Shown here piece by piece: positions 16,258 to 22,370 of a stretch of 28,588 nt of DNA. Both the position numbers and the translations under genes were made by a program. The DNA comes from a virus. Position 1 is the stretch's first letter. The number at the start of each line of letters is the position of its first letter. The stretch is from IMG/VR virus record IMGVR_UViG_3300037484_001834. One strand, written 5' to 3'. A model generated the notes under the pieces. That model saw only the letters and a list, made by a program, of their open reading frames with translations. It did not search any database and had not been told where the DNA came from.

Positions 16258-18102
16258 TCAGCGTCGTACGATCATCAACGCTGTTCGAACTTGGGTTCCC
16301 TGGTCAGAAAAGGTCCCGGCCGGCAACTCTTCCCACATAGTGGCTAAAGGGCGCAACTCCGTTTGCTGGCGAGGACCGTTTGCGCACAGAGCGACGAGGA
16401 CGCCGTCGCGCTCTAGGAAGCTTAGGGCGTGCTTGACGTGAGCAATATCCTCACCTTTGTGAAAGGGTGGGTTCATCAGGATCTTGTCATATCGTCCGAG
16501 GTTTTCGGTGGTACAGGTCAGGAAGTCCTGGCAGATGGCTTCGCCGCTTGATAGGAGGCTGGCAGGCAGACCATCACAAAGGGTGCGATTGATTTCGACG
16601 GCGAAAACATTAGCCATCGGCTGCATATCGATGATTGCGCGGAGTAGGTTGCCGGTTCCGGCACTCGGTTCGAGTACGCGATCATTGTCCTTAATGTCGG
16701 CGAGCATGGCCATGCGAACGGCGAGAGCCGGTGGAGTAGGAAAGAGTTGCGGGGCGGATACGACTTTTACGCCGGTCTTGAGTGTCTCCTTGAGCGCGAC
16801 GAAGGGAGCGGCCTCTTCACTTTTTTGCCTGTGTATTGATTTTCGCGCTTCGCTCGCCATCAGCCGCTCGCGAGCTTCATCGATTTTCCTGGCTAGCAAA
16901 GATTCGCGCGCGGCTTCGTCTTTTGCGGCTTGTGCTTTCACGGTTGTGGCGTTGGGCCGCGCGTGTTGTTTCGAATCAGTGAGATATACAACGGATAGGC
17001 CGGCCGCGCGATCTGGGCGGTTGAGCATTGCCGTGCGTAGCCGATGGGTTCCGTCCGCCGAAACGCAGGTGCCCTTGTAATCGGTATGAAGCTTCGCCCA
17101 TTCAGCTTTCGTGATACCCACCGCCTCGGTCGTTCGCGGCTCGTTCTGCCGGCAATCGCGAACCGACACCATGCCGGCGTAGTTCAGAAGGGGCAAGGCG
17201 GTTTTTTGGGATTTCCTGGGCGGAGGCTGGTATCCGCTTGCGGCAAGTAGGGCGCGCTCGTAGGTAAGTCGGTTATCGAGGTGGGAGATCCATCGGTTGG
17301 CCTCAGCGATGATCTTCTCGTGATTCGCTATATAGCGCGCTTGCGCCTCAGCCGGGGTCATTGCGCCGCTTTCGATTTTGGACCACAGGCCAGTTGAGGA
17401 GCGGTCGAGGCCAGCGACATGGGTGACGCGTTCCTGAAACGTGCTTGCGCCACCACCTGACTTATGGATGCTGTCGTCCTGGTCGAGCTTCTTCCACAGA
17501 GCGAGAAACGCCGTGCTGCTCTTCAGGTCACGATCATGGCTGCGCCTCTCGGCTTCGAGCTTCTTGATTCTGCGCGCACGCACAGCGGGCAACTCCTTGT
17601 ATTCCGCATGCCGAATGGCTCCAGAAGCACGATCTTGCCAATATTGGCTTGTCTCCCACAGCTTTACGGCCCGGCGCATGCCGCTTTCGATTCGATCAGC
17701 GTCGCGGCGCGCGTGTCGCTCGGAGTGATGGCCAACGAGAATGGGCTGGCCGAGAGGAATGCCGTTGGCGATGCACGCAACCGCCCTGTGGGCCTGCTCG
17801 GCGTCGGCCGCGCGCTTGCCCTGGTATGTGGCAAATCGCTCGGCTCGCGCGGCCGCGCGCTCTTCGAGGCTGGTTTCTTCGTCGTCTATATCACCAGCCA
17901 GCTCAGTGAGCAGATCTTCGCGGGATGGCGTCCAGACCGCATAGAAAAGATCTTGCTTCGGCGCCCAACCGAAGCCGGCCGTCTTTACCTTGGCGTAAGT
18001 TTCAGCGTCCAGACGCGAGCTGGCGCGCAGGCGGAGCTTGTCGTCGGTGGCGTCATATGTAGCCTCAAAGTCGATCACAGCGCGCTCTTCCGATAAGGTC
18101 AT
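16258..18102 (-). CDS. DUF3560 domain fused to an N6-adenine DNA methyltransferase (NPPF), orphan; typical of plasmid leading/anti-restriction regions
   Basis: The N-terminal TYDATDDKLRLRASSRLDAETYAKVKTAGFGWAPKQ...VW matches DUF3560. C-terminal motif I VLEPSAGTGNLLRAI and motif IV ILMNPPF. Start refined to the ATG at 18102, ATGA-coupled to the upstream gene. Confidence 0.85.
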   Translation of the reverse strand: MTLSEERAVIDFEATYDATDDKLRLRASSRLDAETYAKVKTAGFGWAPKQDLFYAVWTPSREDLLTELAGDIDDEETSLEERAAARAERFATYQGKRAADAEQAHRAVACIANGIPLGQPILVGHHSERHARRDADRIESGMRRAVKLWETSQYWQDRASGAIRHAEYKELPAVRARRIKKLEAERRSHDRDLKSSTAFLALWKKLDQDDSIHKSGGGASTFQERVTHVAGLDRSSTGLWSKIESGAMTPAEAQARYIANHEKIIAEANRWISHLDNRLTYERALLAASGYQPPPRKSQKTALPLLNYAGMVSVRDCRQNEPRTTEAVGITKAEWAKLHTDYKGTCVSADGTHRLRTAMLNRPDRAAGLSVVYLTDSKQHARPNATTVKAQAAKDEAARESLLARKIDEARERLMASEARKSIHRQKSEEAAPFVALKETLKTGVKVVSAPQLFPTPPALAVRMAMLADIKDNDRVLEPSAGTGNLLRAIIDMQPMANVFAVEINRTLCDGLPASLLSSGEAICQDFLTCTTENLGRYDKILMNPPFHKGEDIAHVKHALSFLERDGVLVALCANGPRQQTELRPLATMWEELPAGTFSDQGTQVRTALMIVRR

Positions 18103-18392
18103 GCGTTCTCCTGTATTCGTCGGCGAGACGGCCTTTTTTCGTAGCCGAGATCCCGAAGGAATCCTTGTCCTACGGGAGAGCCGAGCCACTGAATGACCGT
18201 GGCGGCGACCGTAAAATCACGGACGCTAGGTTCCGGTGGAATATGACTGGATTGATCTCCTGCAAGGAGCAGATAGGCGAGATTCGAGCCATACTCGCTC
18301 CGTCTGTTCCACTTGACCCACTCCTCGGCAAACCGCTTTTCCTCGGGATTATCCCGAAAACGGTATGGATGAAGTCCTTGGATCTTTTTCAT
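18099..18392 (-). CDS. hypothetical 97-aa protein, first gene of the methyltransferase operon
   Basis: ATG at 18392 with GAGAGGAAAAAA SD. Immediately downstream of promoter/operator P6. Confidence 0.5.
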   Translation of the reverse strand: MKKIQGLHPYRFRDNPEEKRFAEEWVKWNRRSEYGSNLAYLLLAGDQSSHIPPEPSVRDFTVAATVIQWLGSPVGQGFLRDLGYEKRPSRRRIQENA

Positions 18393-18415
18393 GCTCGTTT
18401 TTTCCTCTCATTTTC

Positions 18416-18444
18416 TATTTTACGTAAGATAATTCTCGGGTCAA
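18416..18444 (-). promoter_or_regulatory. Promoter P6: TTGACC-N16-TAAAAT with operator TATTTTACGTAAGATAAT; drives the 97-aa gene plus the DUF3560-methyltransferase
   Basis: Read directly. -10 rc at 18417-18422, -35 rc at 18439-18444. Confidence 0.6.
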
Positions 18445-18454
18445 GGGAAATCTT

Positions 18455-18483
18455 TTGAGGCTTTTATCAGAAGCGATTAAGAT
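18455..18483 (+). promoter_or_regulatory. Possible divergent plus-strand promoter TTGAGG-N17-TAAGAT overlapping the P6 region
   Basis: Read directly. Would give a near-leaderless transcript for 18494..18718. Confidence 0.3.
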
Positions 18484-18493
18484 GCGGGTGACT

Positions 18494-18718
18494 ATGGCAC
18501 GGCCGCTTTACACGGTTCTCTATGTCTACGGATCGAATGACTACTCCTCCATGCGAGAAGCGGTCAAACGCGCGCGAGCCATGGCGAAGGCGCACGGAAG
18601 CGCATCAATTTATGCCGGAGAGAAGAAGACCCGGAGATTCGAACGGCTGAAGGAAGATCGCGGACCCGGCTCGCGCTTCCGAACGGTTGGGCGAGTAATA
18701 GAAGTCGAAGTTACTTAA
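18494..18718 (+). CDS. possible small basic protein, divergently transcribed from the P6 operator region; candidate autoregulator, uncertain
   Basis: The only plus-strand ORF not overlapping minus-strand genes. Plus-strand TTGAGG-N17-TAAGAT lies at 18455-18483. The ATG at 18494 is near-leaderless. Convergent with 18715..19101. Confidence 0.3.
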   Translation: MARPLYTVLYVYGSNDYSSMREAVKRARAMAKAHGSASIYAGEKKTRRFERLKEDRGPGSRFRTVGRVIEVEVT

Positions 18719-19101
18719 GGCTCGCGCGCCAGGCCTTGGCCGCTTCGCGCTTCCAGGTTTTTGAGAATAACTTCCGCCCAATTCAGAGTGAGCGAACAAA
18801 TCGTGTGGTTCATGCGCACCATTTGGGCAAGCGGGCATGCTCCTCGTGTTTTGTACCAATGGAGTACTAGAAAATTCGGCATCGACTCGTCAAAGGCACA
18901 ATCTTCTGAAAGCTCCGGTATGGGAATTACTCCCAAGGTGTGGTCTTGACAGTAGCTTTCCTGGGTGAAGAGTCGTAGCGCATTCATCGTCGCGCAGTTC
19001 CAGTTATCTGCCGAAAAGTCCCCATTGGGAGCAAAGGCGCATCGTGGAAGATCGCCCAACCAGGTTTTTCCGCGAGCTTGGCAACGTGGGCACTCGAACA
19101 T
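18715..19101 (-). CDS. hypothetical Cys-rich protein (N-terminal CPRCQ...C), possibly a Lar-like zinc ribbon
   Basis: ORF of 128 aa. ATG at 19101 lies 18 nt after the upstream stop. Confidence 0.45.
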   Translation of the reverse strand: MFECPRCQARGKTWLGDLPRCAFAPNGDFSADNWNCATMNALRLFTQESYCQDHTLGVIPIPELSEDCAFDESMPNFLVLHWYKTRGACPLAQMVRMNHTICSLTLNWAEVILKNLEARSGQGLAREP

Positions 19102-19119
19102 GATGGTTCTACTCCGTTT

Positions 19120-19932
19120 TTATTGACTCAAGGCAAGGCGGAAGCCTTGGGTATCCGACCGCGAGTCAGGAGAATTTCTTTCTCTCATCGCGCAGCGGCA
19201 GTGTTTGGCCGAATTTAACCAGGAACCGCCCCGGGAGACCCTATCGATTCCTGATTCTGGGCCTGTGGGATCAACTTGATCGTCGGCATAGTCACCGTAA
19301 AAGTCCTCGCACCATTCCCAAACGTTCCCATGCATGTCATATAGGCCCCATTCGTTTGGCTTTTTCCATCCTACCGGATGCGTTTGGCCAAGGTACGTCA
19401 TGTCGCCTATCGAGTCTCCGAACCAGCTCAATTCTTGTAGTGCCGGATTCGTTTGATTAGGTCTTCTGCATTCTGATCCGTCGTTGAATGCGCTTATCGT
19501 TCCGGCCCGGCATGCATATTCCCATTCCGCCTCGGTTGGAAGTCGCGCGTTGATTCCTGGATATTGCAATCTGAGTCTTTTACAGAATTCCTGGCAATCC
19601 TCCCAACTTACCTGTTCCACCGGCCGGTTCGCTCCCTCAAAGCAGCTCGGTTGTGTTCTCATTACCGCTTCCCACTCCGCTTGCGCACAGGGTTTATCAG
19701 CCAGCCAGAAACCACAGGTTATTGTTACCTGATGCCGCGGTCCTTCGTTTTGGCAACGTCCAACTTCATCTTCCGGTGATCCCATCAGAAATATTCCCGG
19801 CGGAATCCAACGCAAACGCATCAGCATGCCTTTTCGCAAATGAATGCCGATAAAAGGATAGGGAGACAGCTTGTCCTTTCCCCATATACTTGCGCGCGGA
19901 TGGGGGTGTACTTCAGCCATTGTTGTTTGCAT
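19120..19932 (-). CDS. formylglycine-generating enzyme (FGE-sulfatase, PF03781) family protein
   Basis: LPTEAEWEYACRAG, HGNVWEWCEDFY, RVSRGGSW and GFRLA motifs. First gene after the regulatory region at 19940-19995. Confidence 0.85.
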   Translation of the reverse strand: MQTTMAEVHPHPRASIWGKDKLSPYPFIGIHLRKGMLMRLRWIPPGIFLMGSPEDEVGRCQNEGPRHQVTITCGFWLADKPCAQAEWEAVMRTQPSCFEGANRPVEQVSWEDCQEFCKRLRLQYPGINARLPTEAEWEYACRAGTISAFNDGSECRRPNQTNPALQELSWFGDSIGDMTYLGQTHPVGWKKPNEWGLYDMHGNVWEWCEDFYGDYADDQVDPTGPESGIDRVSRGGSWLNSAKHCRCAMRERNSPDSRSDTQGFRLALSQ

Positions 19933-19939
19933 GATTCTT

Positions 19940-19995
19940 TCTTAGCGTGCGAGACTTTAGATATGATCTGTCGATCTTTCTTAAAATCCGAGAAT
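19940..19995 (-). promoter_or_regulatory. Regulatory region P7 upstream of the FGE gene: dyad TTCTT-N7-GAGAA (19977-19993); -35/-10 not clearly assignable
   Basis: Shares the AAAATCCGAGAAT motif with P8. Hexamers are weak. Confidence 0.35.
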
Positions 19996-19997
19996 AC

Positions 19998-20414
19998 CTA
20001 TGAAGCCCAATCCACGAGTCTATCCATTAGTCCAAGGCGATCGATCTCCGCGCGGACTTGGCCAACGATCTCCGGTCCACTCCACGTTACGGACACGGGG
20101 CATGCGGCCTCAAATAGCCTTTCCGCGCAGTCGATGAAGTACGCGCGGGCCGGAACGACGCCATATGTGTTCGCGCAGGCCTCTGTCGAATGGGCTTCTT
20201 CTACGGATCGGGCGCGCGTCCACTCTTTAACGTCTGGTAGAAACACTTTTGTGTATATGTTCGGCTGCCATGTCAAGTCGAGCAGTCGTTCGATCTCGTT
20301 CATCTGCCAGGAGAAAGCCCCCAGGATCCAAACGCGTCCTTCGCGCTCTATGCTGCGCGCGAGCCGATCGGTCGCTGCTACTTCACAGGGAAGGGTCCAG
20401 ATTCGATTCTTCAT
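19998..20414 (-). CDS. Family-A paralogue, short form (MKNRIWTLP...RVWILGAFSWQMNEIERLL)
   Basis: Start refined to the ATG at 20414, ATGA-overlapping the stop of 20411..21487. Confidence 0.55.
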   Translation of the reverse strand: MKNRIWTLPCEVAATDRLARSIEREGRVWILGAFSWQMNEIERLLDLTWQPNIYTKVFLPDVKEWTRARSVEEAHSTEACANTYGVVPARAYFIDCAERLFEAACPVSVTWSGPEIVGQVRAEIDRLGLMDRLVDWAS

Positions 20415-21487
20415 GGCAAAAACGCCTCCACGATTTCTCGTGAGAGATCGACGTGAATGTCCAGTAATCGTTGATCTCGTACCCACCCGACAAAACCCTC
20501 GATCTCTTTTGGATCTCCCGACCAGACGATCTTTTTTCGTCCAGATGGGTCTTGGAGGGGTCCGGTGAGATAACTGATGTTCAGGTACGTGCCGGTATCG
20601 GCCAATTCAGGAAGCTCTCTTCCCCGAACGTCGGCGAAGCTGTAATTTCCAAGAACGATTTTTGGGGCTTCGTTAAGGCCTTTGAAGGCTTTTTCAAAGT
20701 CTTGTGAGACTTCCTTCTCGGAGCATTTTCTGATCGCCGCGCGCAGCTTTGTTCGGTACCCGAGGACTTCCAGGGAATAGACTCCCGGGCAGTCGCCGGC
20801 ATATGCTGCTCTAAGGCAATGGTCACACGCTGCGATAAGGAGTATGTTGTGGGGAATTCCAACGGGAGCTACGAGATTCGGATCGGTCATCTTCTCGCCC
20901 ACCTTCCACATGCCCCTAAAGCCTTCCAAAACCCATTCTCCGGGGTTTCCGATGCAGTGGTGCTCGCGCGGCCACGGCAACGCCGTAAAGTGGGCTAATC
21001 GCTCAAGACTTTCCGCAGGTACGATACTCGCCAGCCACCCGGATAGCGGTGGATATTCGGGCCTTGTCTGATGGCCGATGTTTGCGAGTCGCCCAAGCCT
21101 CGCCAGCTCGCAGATGACTTGACCGATGCTACTGGCGGGTAAGAAGTTTTTCGGCGCCTTGCCATATCCATGACTGCCCGGCTGGTGATGATCGATGATT
21201 TTTGAATTGCGCTCAATCCAGGCCGGTGGAGCGCGCAAAGCCGCACCCGCGAGATTGATCAGGACCGCGCGGCACTCGACAAAGTAGAATGTTTGTTCGG
21301 CACACACGGAAAGGCGAGCGTAGACGTCCGATTTCTTATAGGCATTTCCATCGTGAACACGCCTCCATGTCCCATCCGGATCTAGAGTTTGCGCGTAAGC
21401 GATTGTCTCCCCCGCAGAGTCGAGGAGCTTTTCGATAGCATCCATCTCCGGGTCCGGGGCGCCTAGAATCCAAATTCGATCGGCCAT
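20411..21487 (-). CDS. Family-A paralogue, long form (MADRIWILGAPDPEMDAIEKLL...) with a C-terminal domain shared with 706..2250
   Basis: 358 aa with ATG at 21487. The TTCTC-N7-GAGAA dyad lies 16-32 nt upstream of the ATG. Confidence 0.6.
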   Translation of the reverse strand: MADRIWILGAPDPEMDAIEKLLDSAGETIAYAQTLDPDGTWRRVHDGNAYKKSDVYARLSVCAEQTFYFVECRAVLINLAGAALRAPPAWIERNSKIIDHHQPGSHGYGKAPKNFLPASSIGQVICELARLGRLANIGHQTRPEYPPLSGWLASIVPAESLERLAHFTALPWPREHHCIGNPGEWVLEGFRGMWKVGEKMTDPNLVAPVGIPHNILLIAACDHCLRAAYAGDCPGVYSLEVLGYRTKLRAAIRKCSEKEVSQDFEKAFKGLNEAPKIVLGNYSFADVRGRELPELADTGTYLNISYLTGPLQDPSGRKKIVWSGDPKEIEGFVGWVRDQRLLDIHVDLSREIVEAFLP

Positions 21488-21502
21488 GTTCTCGATTTCC
21501 TT

Positions 21503-21519
21503 TTCTCGAAAAGTGAGAA
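21503..21519 (-). promoter_or_regulatory. Internal TTCTC-N7-GAGAA dyad 16-32 nt upstream of the start codon of 20411..21487 (overlaps the RBS region)
   Basis: Read directly. No -35/-10 follows it. Confidence 0.4.
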
Positions 21520-21522
21520 TGC

Positions 21523-21903
21523 CTACCGGCGGTTAAGTCTCACGACCTCGTTCTCGACGGTTTCCACCATATTGTAATCGGGAAACCTTACGTAGCTAGA
21601 AGGCGTCTTCTGCCGAGGTTTTATTTTGGGACCACAATCGATGCAGTAGATGCGCATAGGAGCGGACTGGCCCACGTCTGCGAACGCCTCTCTGTCACAA
21701 CTGTTTTCCTTGTTTACTCGCGCGCAAAGACCGGTTCCCTGTAGAAAAATTTGCGCATAGACAAAAGGCTCACCTGCCCTGGCTAAAAGCTCTTGGATTT
21801 TTACCATTTTATCCGAATGAGGGCCTAAAACCCAGAGTCGCTTTGTCCGGTTTGATTTTTTGGAAGGTATGAGCCGCGACCGCGCTACTGAGGGTTTCGT
21901 CAT
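21523..21903 (-). CDS. Family-A paralogue, short form (KRLWVLGPHSDKMVKIQELLARAGEPFVYAQ)
   Basis: Start refined to the ATG at 21903, ATGA-overlapping the stop of the upstream ORF. Confidence 0.55.
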   Translation of the reverse strand: MTKPSVARSRLIPSKKSNRTKRLWVLGPHSDKMVKIQELLARAGEPFVYAQIFLQGTGLCARVNKENSCDREAFADVGQSAPMRIYCIDCGPKIKPRQKTPSSYVRFPDYNMVETVENEVVRLNRR

Positions 21904-22208
21904 GATAAAAGCTCCGGCAGCACTCGCGTGCTCTTCTTGTCCCATCGGCCGTTTGGATAGACAAAACGAGCCGCCTTTAGGGCATCCTCGGCGCTTCCAC
22001 CCTTTTCGAGAATCTGTCTTGCCACGCGAGTCGCATCGCGCGCCCGGCGGGGAAGGTCTTTGGCCCACCTCTGCGCCTCGAGAAATTCGTTCATCATGGC
22101 CGCGCGTTCATCGGCCGTGAGGGGAGCCACCTCGTTTTTAGCGGAAATCTCGTCGAGGTAGCTTGATAACTCGAGTAGATCGAAGTTCAAGTCGAACGTC
22201 TTTCGCAT
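21900..22208 (-). CDS. hypothetical protein, first gene of the Family-A operon; apparently leaderless
   Basis: ATG at 22208 lies about 7 nt downstream of the predicted -10 (CAAAAT) of promoter P8. No SD. Confidence 0.45.
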   Translation of the reverse strand: MRKTFDLNFDLLELSSYLDEISAKNEVAPLTADERAAMMNEFLEAQRWAKDLPRRARDATRVARQILEKGGSAEDALKAARFVYPNGRWDKKSTRVLPELLS

Positions 22209-22214
22209 GACTCT

Positions 22215-22272
22215 ATTTTGCACAAGATAAATCACAGATCAAGAAAGATCGACTTTTATCAAAATCCGAGAA
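22215..22272 (-). promoter_or_regulatory. Promoter P8: TTGATC-N16-CAAAAT plus upstream dyad TTATC-N7-GAGAA (22256-22272); leaderless start at 22208
   Basis: Read directly. Confidence 0.5.
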
Positions 22273-22323
22273 TAAATCTTTTATAAACCCGTGGAAGCTC
22301 GAGATTTCTCGTGAGAACCCAGC

Positions 22324-22355
22324 GGAAAGACCCGAGGTAACCCGGGTCTTCCCGC
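22324..22355 (-). terminator. Stem-loop (about 10-bp GC-rich stem, GGAAAGACCCGAGG/CCCGGGTCTTCC) just downstream of the MVP stop; possible terminator without a clean U-tract
   Basis: Read directly. Lies between the MVP stop (22371) and promoter P8. Confidence 0.3.
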
Positions 22356-22370
22356 CTGTCCAGGTTTGAT

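Noticed and set aside
16244-16441. Plus-strand 65-aa ORF beside the duplicated promoter copy at 16.2 kb
   Set aside because: Overlaps the 3' end of the methyltransferase gene. No credible -10. The equivalent position at the 18.4-kb copy is different sequence.
20411-21487. IIDHH in a Family-A protein as a DHH-phosphoesterase motif
   Set aside because: The motif is absent from the other three paralogues at the aligned position, and the other DHH family motifs (DxD, GGGH) are not present.
22324-22355. Strong intrinsic terminator after MVP
   Set aside because: Stem-loop present but no U-tract follows on the minus-strand transcript. Kept only as a low-confidence feature.
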